The position numbers and the translations under genes are program-made. Source: Mobula hypostoma (Eukaryota). From it: a stretch of DNA of 64,000 nucleotides. The stretch is taken from positions 20,028,001 through 20,092,000 of the forward strand of contig NC_086118.1 in NCBI RefSeq assembly GCF_963921235.1, read 5' to 3'. The notes under the pieces were generated by a model that worked only from the letters and a program-made list of their open reading frames with translations, was not told the DNA's origin and ran no database searches. Numbering within the stretch: the first letter of the stretch is position 1; each line of letters starts with the position of its first letter. Shown piece by piece: positions 38,736-50,995 of the stretch.

Positions 38736-38934
38736 ATCAGTAAGTACAACACAGAGAGATTTCTCCAATGAAGCCATTTTCTGCTTGGTGGAGAGTTGTG
38801 ACTGACAACTCAATTCGCTGCGGATCAATAAGGTTCTTTAAAGTGGCTCTTTCTCTCTCTCAGCTGACTACTTCACAAGTTGGCAATGCGAACTGTTAGA
38901 CAGACTTCCTTTTGTGCTGAACTGATGACAGATT

Positions 38935-41540
38935 CATCGAGTAATACAGCATGGAAATATACACCCTTCATCCCAGCTCGTCCATAGCAACCACAGCGTC
39001 CTCCCTGCTAGTCCCAGTTGTCTGCATTCAGAATCAGACTCAGATTTAATATTCGGCCGATTACTCTTCAAGCTCTTCCTCTCCATGCATGTATCCAAAT
39101 GCCTCTTAAATGTTGTAATGATACCCACCTTGACCACTTCTCCTGTCGGATCATACTGAGTACTCTGTGTAAAGAAGCTACCTCTCAGGTCTCTTTTAAA
39201 TCTCTCCCCTCTTATCTTGTATCTGTGCCCTCTCATTTAGGAGTCTCCAGCACTGAGGGAAAAGACTATGACTGTCCACCTTATCCATAGCCCTCATGAT
39301 TTTATAAACTTCTGAGGTCACCACTCATTCTCCTACTCTCCAGGGAATAAAAGTTCAGGTTAGCCGGCCTCCACCGATAACTCAGGACCTCCAGTCCAGG
39401 CAGCATCCCTGTAAATCTCTTCTGCAGCCTCTCCATCTTGGCAATGTCACTCTGATAACAAGGTGAGCAAATCTGTACATAATACTCCAAGTGTGGTCTC
39501 ACCATTGTCTTATATAACTGCAACATGGTATCCCAACTTCTAAAAGCAATGCTCTGACTGATGAAGGCCAGCATGATAAACACTTCTTCCCCAACCCGCC
39601 TACTTGCACAGCCACTTTCACAGCGAACAGTACACTTATACTCCCAGCTCCCTCTGTTCCACAACACTTGTCAGTATCCTGCCATTCATTGCATTCATCT
39701 TACCTTAGTTTTGAATGGCCAGTATGCATCATCTCGCACTTATCTAAGTTGAAATCGATTTGCAAGTCCCTAGCCCATCTTCCAAACTAATCAAGGTCAC
39801 TTGATAATTCAATGTAAACTGCTTCACCATCAACGAGACATTCAGGATGAAGTAGTAAATTGGATTCAGCATTGGCTTAATGGGGAAAGACAGACAGAGC
39901 GGTTGTTTCTCTGACAGGAAGCCTGTGACTGGTGGTGTGCTGCAGGTATCAGTACTTGGTCCATTCGGGTGATAATGTGGTAAAGTTTGCAGATTACACT
40001 AAGATTGGGTACATAGTGGACAGTAAGGAAGGCTATCAAAGCTCGCAATGTGGTCTGGACCAGCTGGAAAAATGGGCTAAAAAATAGCAGATAGAATTTG
40101 TTGTACACAGGTGTGAGGTGCTACACTTCAGAAGGCAAACCTAGACAGAACTACAGAGTGAATGGTAGCACACTAAGGAATGCAATAGAACAAGGGGATC
40201 TGGGAATACAGATCCATAATTCCTTGCAAGTGGCATCACAGGTAGGTAGGATCATAAAGACAACTTTTGGTACATTGGCCTTCATAGGTCAGGGCATTGA
40301 GTGTAGCAGTTGGGATGTTATCTTCAAGCTGTATAAGACACTCCTGAAGCTGAATATGGAGTATTGTGTGCAGTTCTGGTCACCTACCTGCAAGAAAGAG
40401 ATCAATAAATACGAGAGTGCAGAGAAATTTTCCAAGGATGTTGTTGGGACTTGTGGACCTGAATTCAGGAAAGGGTTGAATAGGTTAGAACTTTGTTCCG
40501 TGGATCACAGAAGACTGAGGGGAAATGTTATAGAGGTATACAAAATCATGAGGGGTATGGAGAGGGTAAATACAAGCAAGCTTTATGCCCTTTGTTCCCC
40601 ACAAATTGGGTGAGATTAGAATTAGAGGTCATAGGCTAAGGGTGAAAGGTGAAATATTTAAGGGGAACCTGAGGGGCAACTTCTTCACTCAGAGGATGGT
40701 ATGAGTGTGGAATGATCTGCCAGTGGAAGTGGCAGATGCAGGTTCAAGAAAGGTTTTGATAGGTGCATGCATGAGAGGGGTATGGGGGGCTATGGACCGG
40801 GTACAGATAAATGCAACTAGACAGAGGAATATATCAGCATGGACTAGATTGACTGAAAGGCCTGCTCCTGTGTTGTAGAGCACTATGACTCTATGACAAT
40901 TAGCACTTACATAATAATGAAGAACAGAGATTCCAACACTGACACTGGGGCACCCCACTAGTCACAGGCCTTCAGTTGGAGAATTGCCCTTCAGCCTTCG
41001 CTATGTTTTCCTATCATCAAACCAATTCAGAGTCCACCTCACTAACTCCCCCTGAATCCCATGTGACCTAACTTTCCAGATCAGCTTACCATGTGGGACT
41101 TTGTCAAAGTCCATGTAGACAACATTCATTGCTGTGGTTTCATCTATCCCTTAGTTACCTCTTCAAAAAAACTTCCAAAAGATTTGCCATACACCACTTC
41201 CCATGTACAAAACCATGCTAACTATTCCTAATCAAAGCTTAGCTATCCAAGTAATGGTAAATCTCGTTTCTCAGAATTCCCTCCAATACATCCCTGCAAC
41301 TGAAGTCAGGTTAAAAGCCTGTAGATCTCTGGCCTGCCCTTATTGCCCTCCTTGAAACAAGAAACCACCCTAGACGAATTTCTAGATGAATTTCTCCAGT
41401 GGCTAACGAAGAAGCAAATATCTCTACAAGGGCCTCCACAATTTCTTCCCCAGCAACTATAAGGTCCAGGTATGCATTTGGTCAAGTCCTGGGTTTTTGC
41501 TCACCTTAATGTGCTTCAAGACTGTAAATGCCTCACTGGG
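38935..41540 (-). mobile_element. Degenerate CR1 LINE (minus) split by an oppositely oriented CR1
   Basis: Minus pieces RGHRYKIRGERFK and LYKTMVRPHLEYYVQ at 38935-39835. Upstream RT sequence resumes at about 40930. Confidence 0.75.
39840..40897 (+). mobile_element. Degenerate CR1 LINE RT/3' end
   Basis: DLGIQIHNSL...LYKTLLKLNMEYCVQFWSP, with tail CTATGACTCTATGAC. Confidence 0.85.
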
Positions 41541-41544
41541 GGAA

Positions 41545-42130
41545 TCAGAGGTGGAGAAGGTCAGCAACTTTAAGTTCCTCAGTGTTATCATTTCAGAAGA
41601 CTTGTTCTGGACCCAGCACGTAACTGCAATTATAAAGAAATTATAAAGAAAGCACAGCAGTGCCTGTACTTCCTTAGAAACTTGTGAAGATTCTGTGTGA
41701 CATCTAAAACTTCGTCAAACTTTTATAAATGTGTGGTGGAGAGTATATTGACTGGCTGCATCACAGACTGATATAGAAGCGTCACTGCCCCTGAATACAA
41801 AAACCTACAAAAAGTAGTGGATACAGCACAGTCCATCATCGGGAACGCCCTTCCCACCGTTGAACACATCTACAGTGAGCATAGTTGCAGGAAAGAAGCA
41901 TCCATCATAACAAACCCCCACCACCTAGATCATGTTCTCTTCTTGCTACTGCCAGTTATTATTATACAGTTATTATCACCCCCCCCCCAACCATCAGGCT
42001 CCTAAACCAGAGGGGAAAACTTCACTCAATTTCACTTGCCCATCACTGAACCGTACCTACAACCTATCAACCTACTTTCAAGGACTTTTCATCTCATGGT
42101 CTTGATATTTATTGTTTACATTTCTTATAT
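41545..42130 (+). mobile_element. Rex1/Babar-type LINE 3' fragment
   Basis: GAGGTGGAGAAGGTCAGCAACTTTAAGTTCCTC and KEASIITNPHHLDHVLF. Confidence 0.75.
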
Positions 42131-42329
42131 CTTTTCATTGTTCTCAGCTCAAGATAGTAAAACCTGCATAGCGAAGCACACTCATTTCTCAATTGCTTGG
42201 AACATTCAGACTGTCCAAGTGGTGTTTAACATTGTGGCTTTCTAAAGATTTACATAAATATATTATATTATTTACATAAATGTGACATAATATATAATAA
42301 TATTATAATAAATATTATTATAACTATTA

Positions 42330-42750
42330 TAATGTTTGCCTGATTGTTTAATACTATTGCATAGTGACTTTGGGATGATACCAGTTGTAGATATTACTAT
42401 TGGGACAATGTATGCCCTATTCATGTTCCATAGTCTTTCAATTTCCTTTTTCAATGCAGCACATCTCTGGTATTTTTCACTTATTGATTTCTGTATGTTA
42501 TGTGTGTTTGGAATGGTTATATCTATGAATGAAGTTGTTCTTGCTTGTTTATCCTGTATTATTATATCCAGACAGTTATTATAGATTGTCATATCTGTAA
42601 TAATGGATTGGTCGTAATATAATTTGTAGGACTCTGACTCTAAAACTGTGTCAGGCCTGTAACTATAGTAAGGTATGGTGCCTTGTAGGAGTTTGTATTT
42701 TAAAGCAAGGTTGTGGTGAATGATGTTTGCAACTTGATTGGGCCTACATG
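42330..42750 (-). mobile_element. R4/Dong-like non-LTR retrotransposon fragment (restriction-like endonuclease)
   Basis: NQVANIIHHNLALKYKL...DIIIQDKQARTTSFIDITIPNTHNIQKSISEKYQ...LWNMNRAYIVPIVISTTGIIPKSL. Adjacent to a decayed TAA/TAT-rich tract. Confidence 0.75.
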
Positions 42751-42869
42751 CAATGCCTCAAGATTTCTGCTTCCCAAGTTTCCACTTGGGGCATCAATAA
42801 TATAGCCCTACCAGGGTAGTTATCCTCTCTTTATTTCTAATTTCTACTCAGATGATCTCGTTGGATAAT

Positions 42870-43028
42870 AAACACAAGAAATTCTGCAGATGACGGAACT
42901 CTTGAGCAGCAAACACATAATGCTGGAGGAATTCAGCAAGTCAGGCAGCATCTGTGAAGGGGAATAAACAGTCAAGGTTTAGGGTCCTGATGAAAGGTCT
43001 CAGCCAAAAACGTCAACTGTTTATTCCA
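42870..43028. mobile_element. Penelope-like terminal repeat with inverted junction and decayed hammerhead motif
   Basis: CTGCAGATGACGGAA...ATGCTGGAGGAATTCAGCAAGTCAGGCAGCATC followed by GTC-CTGATGA-AAGGTCTCAGCCAAAAACGTC-AACTG. Confidence 0.75.
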
Positions 43029-43784
43029 CTTCCTGAGCTTGTTAGATGATCCCTCAAGAACATTCTCTTTAAGCTCTGCTGCTGTGCCTTCCCTTATCAG
43101 AAACGCAACACCCCCTTCACTCTTACCTGTTCCTCTGTCACATCCTCTATGCCTACTCGAGGTTGGGAGATGCCTACGAGATATGGATGTTTTTAATCCT
43201 TGACACGTTGCTCTCCATGTCGTCTCTTCAGAGGCAATGCACAATATGTTCTGTGAGGCAAGGCGGTCACTGCTTTAAGCCTAAGGAGATATATTTTACA
43301 CAGAGGATTGCAGTTATAAACGCCTGGCTTCATACTCAACTTGCACTTCACCCACTCCTTGTAGAGCTTTCTAAATGATGACCTCTATGATGGCGCCACC
43401 GAACGAGGTGAGAAGCCTAGCCTGCTGACACCTCCACCTGTCTGCTCTTTACCTTCTGCTGAAGGCAGCGTTTTCTGTAAGAAGATCAATATGCATTGAA
43501 TGAGTGAACAGCCTGTGAGTCTATTTAGGTAACAGCTCTGCAACCCAGTGCTTCTCTTTCTTGAATGTAAAGTGCCTCATGCCTTAGAAGACATATGGGA
43601 ATGGTGACACTCGCTAGTGCACGGAAAACATCAGCTGGGTGCTTAAATAATTATTGTCATCCTTCAATCTTTCTTTATTGTCATCCCGACTTTCATTATT
43701 CTGCTCCTGCTATGCAAGTACTCCACCTTCCTCACTATCTCTCCCTATGTCACATTTACTTCAAGAAAACAGATTATTTCAGAC

Positions 43785-44011
43785 TGATGCACCATCAATA
43801 CTCCAAAAGACTGGAAGCAGAGTAAATACTGAAAGGCTTTTATTCGCAGTAAAATGTGACCTCCATGCTGAGTGTCTGCCCCTGGACTGAGGGAGGAGCA
43901 ATGGCGCAATCGCCTTTATTCAGGGATCTGTGGGAGGAGCCACAGGGGCAGTCAGCAGAGGGGCGTGTCCAGACAGGTAACCCAGTTACAACATATATAT
44001 GGTTTACCACA
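43785..44011 (-). mobile_element. Solo LTR, 227 bp
   Basis: Minus termini TGTGGTAAACC...GGTGCATCA, 5-bp TSD CAGAC (43780-43784, 44012-44016), AATAAA on the minus strand. Confidence 0.88.
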
Positions 44012-45417
44012 CAGACAAAAAGGAGGGAGCTTCTCAGGGAAAATTGACTGATGGCTATAATTCACTGTGGTTGGCATCAGTGGCTACCTACACAGATGGC
44101 TGTTATTAAATGGCACAGAGTCGCGGGTTTTATTGATGTTCAGTTCCCTTTTTGTGTCTTTGACACCTTTCTTCAGATGTCTTTCCAGCATTTCCCAGTA
44201 CAATTCACCTTGCTAATACACAGTGTAAAGGCTTTCCATGTCTGTTTCTCTTAGTATTGACAGCTTCTCCATCTTCACTCTAAAGGGACTCATTATATCC
44301 TCAAAGTTTTGACATTGATTCAGATAATATGGACTACTGCAAGCCTTGCCCTGAATATTAGAGCAATAAAGTCCAGAGTTTAAATGCAAAACCAATCTCT
44401 GGAAACAGTCTTGGGAGTTCTGTTCAAAAAATGAGCATATGTATTTAGCCATGTACGGCTTGCAGTCCTGTGTCAAGGAGGGAACATTACAACAGGAGCA
44501 ACAGCATAAGAGATTGTGTGTTACCTTTTGCTGGACTGAATATAGCTAGAAAATAATGAGATAAGGTATAGTATGTGTTGTAGGCCGGGAGGTGATGTGA
44601 GTAGGGTTTTGATTGCAGAGCGACAGAGAGAGACAGAGACTGAAGTGAGACTAGATGATTAGTAGCAGTTGGTGGTAAAGTTGGTGATTGTAGGGGGAAA
44701 ATGAGAATATCATTGAGGAGATCGGATCACGGGATGAATACAATTACAGGAATTACTCTGAAGGTGTTTATCCTAGGGGTGATCTAATCATAGTGAGAGT
44801 TGGAAAGCATTTTGATGTGATCCAGGAACTACAGGTTATTAGGAAGAAGAGTTCAGTTACTCTGCACACAAAGCAGTGCTGGAAAGACATTTATCACTTC
44901 CATATTGCACACCATGCTTCCCTTCAGCTGCTGTGGTAGGGGGACATGACAAGTGTTAAATCCAGAACAGAGAGGAGAACATCTGAGATAAGCGGCCTTA
45001 TCAAAATATTTTAATTATTATTCTATTATTGAATTTATTTCTTCTATGAGCATCCCTTTCCACATGCCTTACAAACCTTTTGAGAGGATGGAGGCCCTCT
45101 CGATCTGCACCCCACTCGCTCATTTACCCGAGTGTTGGGAGGCTGTGTCCGACCACCAGCAGTAGCTGCTGATTCGTGTTCAGCAGCCAACTACCAGGTC
45201 ACCCTTCAGTCAAGAACACAGACGTGAGAGCTTTTACCGATGCTGGAAATCTAGAACGATACACACAGTGTGCTGGAGGAGCTCAGCAGCTCAGGCAGCA
45301 TCTACAGACAGGAATAAACAGTCAATGTTTCCGGCCGAGACCCTTCGTCGGGACTGGAAATGAAGGGGCAAAATGTCAGATAAGAAGGTGGGGCGAGGGA
45401 AGGAAGAAGTACAAGGC

Positions 45418-45722
45418 CCCCCCACTTGCCTTTCTTCCCTGGCCTCCTGTCCCATGATCCTCTCATATCCCCTTTGCCAATCACCTGCCCAGCTCTTGGC
45501 TCCATCCCTCCCCCTCCTGTCTTCTCCTATCATTTTGGATCTCCCCCTCCCCCTCCCACTTTCAAATCTCTTACTAACTCTTCCTTCAGTTAGTCCTGAC
45601 GAAGGGTCTCGGCCTGAAACGTCGACTGCGCCTCTTCCTAGAGATGCTGCCTGGCCTGCTGCGTTCACCAGCAACTTTGATGTGTGTTGCTTGAATTTCC
45701 AGCATCTGCAGAATTCCTGTTG
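45418..45722 (+). mobile_element. Young Penelope-like 3' end carrying a hammerhead ribozyme
   Basis: Nearly identical to the reverse complement of 50996-51260. Ends ...TTGAATTTCCAGCATCTGCAGAATTCCTGTTGT. Confidence 0.8.
45591..45628 (+). ncRNA. Minimal type I hammerhead ribozyme motif
   Basis: UAGUC-CUGACGA-AGG(GUCUCGG)CCU-GAAAC-GUC-GACUG. Stem I AGUC/GACU, intact core boxes, stem II AGG/CCU, and a loopless palindromic stem III (ACGU). Predicted cleavage after C45623. Confidence 0.75.
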
Positions 45723-46059
45723 TTTAAGTGATAGGTGAAACTGGGAGGGGGTGGGGTGAAGTAAAGAACTGGGAAGTAGATTGGTGGACGAGATAAAGGG
45801 CTGGGGAAGGGGGGATCTGACAGGAGAGGACAGAAGGCCATGGGCAAAAGGGAAGGGGGAGGTGATGAGCTGGTAAGAAGAGTAAGTGTGAGAGAATGGG
45901 GAATGCTGAAGGAGAGGAGGAAAGAGGTAATGACCGGAAGTTCAAGAAATCGATGTTCATGCCATCAGGTTGGACCTACCCAGATGGAATATAAGGTGTT
46001 GCTCCCCCAACCCGACTGCGGCCAATAAAATTATGAATTTGTGGCGATGCATCCTGAGT

Positions 46060-46400
46060 TGCAATGGCACGCAAGCAGAGATTTTACCTTACATTTCCAG
46101 TAACCCAGGTTCATTCCTGACCTCTGACTCTGCATGGAGTTTGTACGTTCTTCCAGTGACACTGTGGGCATCGAGTAGTTGCTCTGATTTCCTTCCACAG
46201 TCTATATCCACAGCTGTTGATAGAGTGGTTTGCAAGCATAAATTGCACCTTTCATTTTTGGGTAGCAAAGGAATCAGAAGGAGTCGACGGACATGGATGA
46301 GAGGATTTGTTATGGAGAAGTAAGTGAGGTAATAGAGCTAATGGGAATGTGTTCAGAGCCACCATCAACTCATTGGCCCATTGACCACCGTCCATGTCAA
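46060..46400 (+). mobile_element. Degenerate HE1/V-type SINE
   Basis: CCCAGGTTCATTCCTGACC...GCATGGAGTTTGTACGTTCTTCC...GATTTCCTTCCACA. Confidence 0.6.
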
Positions 46401-46714
46401 AAGGCCAATATGTAAGTAATGGGAAATAACCTTATCAAAAGTGTACAGGCTAAAACAGACAATTCCATGATAACTTTAGTTCACACCTTTTGCACAAGTA
46501 GAGAAAAATTCATACCTGTCAGTGATGAACCAAATGTTGCCATTGTTGTAAAGCTTACACGGACCAGCACTGGATTTGATGGATTGAACCCTTCTTTCTT
46601 AGCCGACCATATTTATAGCAATGCACAAAAAATTAGAAGTTTGAAGGTATTTGCTATCAGTATGCTGCAGTTTATGATGCTCAAAGTTGACTGAGTAGTA
46701 CATTAGAGTAAGAT

Positions 46715-47098
46715 TGTCATCGTCCCTTCTGGCAATCCCCCACCTTGCTAGTTACCTCAGGAATTGAGCCTCATTGAATTTCCAATCATTCCCAGGTTTC
46801 ACTAACTACACACACCTGTTTTCCATCAGAAAATGCAGGATAAAGACCCTGTGATCACAACAAGGAGCTGCCAGTTTGTTGGTCGACTCTAGTGTGAGTA
46901 AACCTTGTTTCCTAATTCCGGAGAACTGTCAGTTCTAAGTTCCGCATCGTTTCCTGGATACTCTACGTGGCCCTTGTCTCTGTGTAAAGACTCTCCTGGA
47001 TATCCATTCCCCATTCACGGCGGTGCTAATGCCTCACGACTCTGCCTCAGTGCCTGTGTCCTGCACTTGGGTTTGTCCCCAGCCATGTACTTGCAACA
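46715..47098 (+). mobile_element. Solo LTR, 384 bp (family of 10431-10830)
   Basis: TGTCATCG...TGCAACA termini, 5-bp TSD AAGAT (46710-46714, 47099-47103). Shares GTTGCCAGTTTGTTGGT-like and GTGTCCTGCACTTGGGTT blocks with the 10431 LTR. Confidence 0.88.
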
Positions 47099-48171
47099 AA
47101 GATACCATTTTCAGAAAGCTAAGGGCAGGCCAATACAACTTGGACAGTAATATTTGTTTATTTATGTTTAATTGTTCCTCTTCTGCTTGTTCAAATTTGC
47201 TTCATAAATAATAGTAACTTCCATTAGTCCCTTTATATTGACCACAAAATCTGTTCTATTGAATACATTTCATCTAATAACAAACAGCAAACATCAGAAT
47301 GGGAAACAAGGGGAAAGTAAGCCTTTTTAGAGAAATGAAAAACAATAACAAATTGTCTTTTTTTAAAGCAAAAGATTGCAGATCCTGGAAACCTGAACAG
47401 AATTTCTTTTAAAGAACTTTAACCTGCCCAGGCTATTTAATCTGAGTCTGTCAGCCACAGATACCAGAAAATCAGGAATAAATCCCAGACTACTAGGTCA
47501 AAATGGCAGTGCAGGTGGTACAACCTTGAGCTATGATGCCCATAAAACCTCAATGATGCATGACAAAGTAATTAATAAACTTTGAACTATTTGTCAGAAA
47601 GCACAAGCACAGGCAAACCTAAAGAGTCTAATCACTGAGATGAGCATGACAGAGAAAACAAGGACTATGAAAGCTAACTAATATCGTTTCACTGTAGCTA
47701 GAGAGGAACAAAAGGAAAGACATCTAGTAATTCAGAGTTCCAGTTCGACCAGCTAGAATGCTTGGGACCGGGAGGCATCTAGTGCCTGTTAGGCATTGGA
47801 AGGTCATGTTGCCTCGTGGACTCCTTGATGAGACCAATCCAGCTGTGCAGGGGAGGGTGGTGCATCACACAGCAGGGCAGAGTATGCTGTCTCAGGCTCA
47901 GCCTGTGCCAGTATGGGAACCCAGGACTTCTGGCGAGCTCATGGGATTAAAGTGGATTCTGCTCGGATGATAATGCCCAATACTATAGAGAACTACATCT
48001 GAGTCGTAACACATATTTTGAAGGAGATGAAGAATTGTGAAGTTGGTAAAAGGTGGGCTTTGGACCAGGGCTTTCATGGAACAGTGGGCCACCAAGAGGC
48101 CAATTTCAGGGGCAAGGTTAAACAGCCTTGGTGAAAGTCATATATTTAGAAAGGACTGAGACAATGAATAT

Positions 48172-48690
48172 AGACTCAGTGGCCACTTTATTAGGTACAC
48201 CTGCACACCTGCTTATTAATTCCAAAATCTAATCAGCCAGTCATGTGGCAGCAACTCTATACATAAAAGCAAGCAGAAATAGTCAAGAGGTTCAGACCAA
48301 ACTTCAGAATGGGTTCAGAATTGTGATCTAGGTGTCTTTCATAATGCAATGATTGTTGGTGTCAGATGGGGTGGTTTGAGTATCTCAGAAACTGCTGATC
48401 TCCTGGGATTTTCACACACACAACAGTCTCTAGAGTTTACAGTGAATGATGTGAAAAACAAAAGACATCCAGTGAGCATCAGGTCTGTAGGTGAAAATGA
48501 CTTGTTAATGAGAGAGGTCAGAGAAAATTGGTTTATGCTGACAGGAAGGCAGCAGTAACTCAAATAACCACATGTTACAGTAGCGGTGTGCAGAGGAGCA
48601 TCTCTGAATGCACAACACATCAAAGCTTGATGGGCTACAGTAGCAGAGGGTCATGAACATTCATCAGTGGCCACTTCATTAGGTACAGGA
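48172..48690 (+). mobile_element. Tc1/mariner-derived non-autonomous remnant
   Basis: CAGTGGCCACTTTATTAGGTACA at both ends (direct) and the transposase N-terminal fragment GLSISETADLLGFSHT. Confidence 0.75.
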
Positions 48691-50995
48691 GGTACATATG
48701 ATGAAGTGGATATGTTCAGAGGTTGATCACACAGTGGAATAAAATGGTAAACAACAAGAATAAATAGACTTGTAGAAGAAGTAATTTCCAGTTCTGCACA
48801 AACAATCATCACTTGTCTTGCTCTTGGCATGGAAACAATACATGTCAGGCAGCAACTTGAAAAGGATGAAAAAGTGTGTATAATATCGTTAACACCAACA
48901 ACCTTGAAATGAATTTGATCTAGGTCTATGAGTGTTGGCCACATAATCTACTTTACGTCATTACTTACATAATTGCCAATTGTAAAATGCGAGCTCTGGA
49001 ACTGTAAAACAAACAGGCTCCATAGCATTTTTACAGAAACAAATTAGCTCATATAAAACCAAATTAAATTCTCCGCAGAAAAGCAATATTTGTCCAAGGT
49101 AGCTGTACATCAGCCCATGTGACTGCCAGAAAAATCATCTCAAGAAAGAAGGGAGTCCGCAAGAAACCTGCCCATATGTTGCCAAGAGAAATAGTGCTGG
49201 CCTGTTAAACATCAGATTAACTCAGAGCAGAGCAATGTTGTGGATCTTTCAGGATGCTTTGGGACCCTTTTCTGTTGGTGGGTTTTTCATTTTCTCGAGC
49301 ACCTTTTTAAATGGGAGTAAACGCACTCCCCCGTCTCCACCAAGTGATGGCAACTGCAGTACAACACTCTTTCAACATCACTTCTCTGAGGAGCTATTGC
49401 TTCTGTTTATTCACAGAACAGCTACCTTCCTGAAACAGTGCTTTTAAAAGGACCAAGACTCAGTGTTGTTTATCTTAATGAGATCCTTCACCTCCCTCGT
49501 TCTCAAACACAACAACATGTATTTTGACCGCTTCGAACTAGGAAGCCAAGGGCACATTTAGTCACGGCTTCTAAGTCTCAAGGTTATTCCAGGCTGCTGA
49601 TGCAGATCTGTGCCATACACAACACTGTGCTATTCTTTGCTGCAGTAAATAATCAAGGACAGGACACTTTATCTACTCTTTGTTCAGCCACAAAGCAATA
49701 AAGACACGAGAATTTGACTACATTGCAGGCTTCCCCAAAGAAGAAACATTCATAGGCCCTACAGCCGCCTTTCTTGGCATCCTATTGCCAAGAGCACTCC
49801 CCCCCCGCCACCGTATCTCTTGTGGATTTAACATCCAACTTCCAAATGGATAAACGAAAATAAAAGATATTAATTAAAAAGGTACAGCTCAAAAAGAGCA
49901 TAGAATCTGACCAGAAGACCATAAGATATAGGAGAAGAATTAGGCCATTTGGCCCATTGAGTCTACTTCGCTATTCCAACATGGCTGATAGATTATCCCT
50001 TCCAATCTCATTCTCCTGCCTTCTCCACATAACCTTCGATGCCCTGCCTAATCAAGAATCCCTCAATCTCCACTATAAGTACACTCAATAACTTCCCTCC
50101 ACAGCCATCTGTGGCAGTGAATTCCACAGGTTCGAAATGGACGTTCTTCTATTCTGAGGCTGCACCTCTGGTCCTAGACTCTCTCGCTACAGGAAACATT
50201 CACACACTCTACCCAGGCCTTTCAATATTGGATAGGTTTCAATGAGGTACCCCTCTCATTCTGCTTGAAGGACAGGTTACAATTCATGACAGAATAGCAG
50301 AGTGACAAATCTTGCCACCTGAAATAAATTGTTCACATCAGGTACTGATGGCCTGGACCAACATGACTTGAAAAAGAGGGCCAGTCCATTTGTTTTATTT
50401 TTCCCTGTTTGTGCCTTAAAGGGCTGTCAACAAAGATCACAGTGGTAATGGTAGTTGCAAGAACAAATCAATGGGGAATATTGCATTGAATCCAACAATA
50501 TCAGTTTCTACCCAGCAATAACAGGAAAACATGACAAGCTGTTCTGTGAACCATGCCGTTGAAGTCTTGGTTTGTGTTTAATTTTAACAAGCATTAGTGT
50601 AACAATAATGCTATTTTAATGCCAAATGGTTGGCATGGACCAATTACAATTGATATAGCACCTTTCACAAGCTTAGGAAAACTGAATGTACCCCACTGTC
50701 AATGTGTAATCATACTTGTAAACTAGGAAGTTCTACATCATTAGTTCATACTTTGAGTTTTTAAGCAGGGTAATTTTGTTTTAGCAGTTTAAGACTGCAT
50801 AAAGAGACAAAATGAAAACATAATTGTAATCTGTCCAGCTCTGACAATGAAGGAAAATATAGCAACAATGAGGAGGGCTGTTGAGTAGCAAAAAAGAAAT
50901 GAGAGGTTGTACTCTGGAGCTGATCATTTCAGTCAATACTCTGAGGATACCTCTCATTGCATAAAGATGTGAAAAACATTAGCCTTTCTTTCCTG

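Larger units (their letters stand above)
45225..46020 (-). mobile_element. Penelope-like element 3' region, interrupted by a second, oppositely oriented copy at about 45418-45722
   Basis: Terminal repeat with hammerhead remnant at 45319-45356. Purine-rich UTR and GATGTTCATGCCATCAGGTTGGA...GGAATATAAGGTGTTGCTCC, shared with 51400-51470. Confidence 0.75.
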
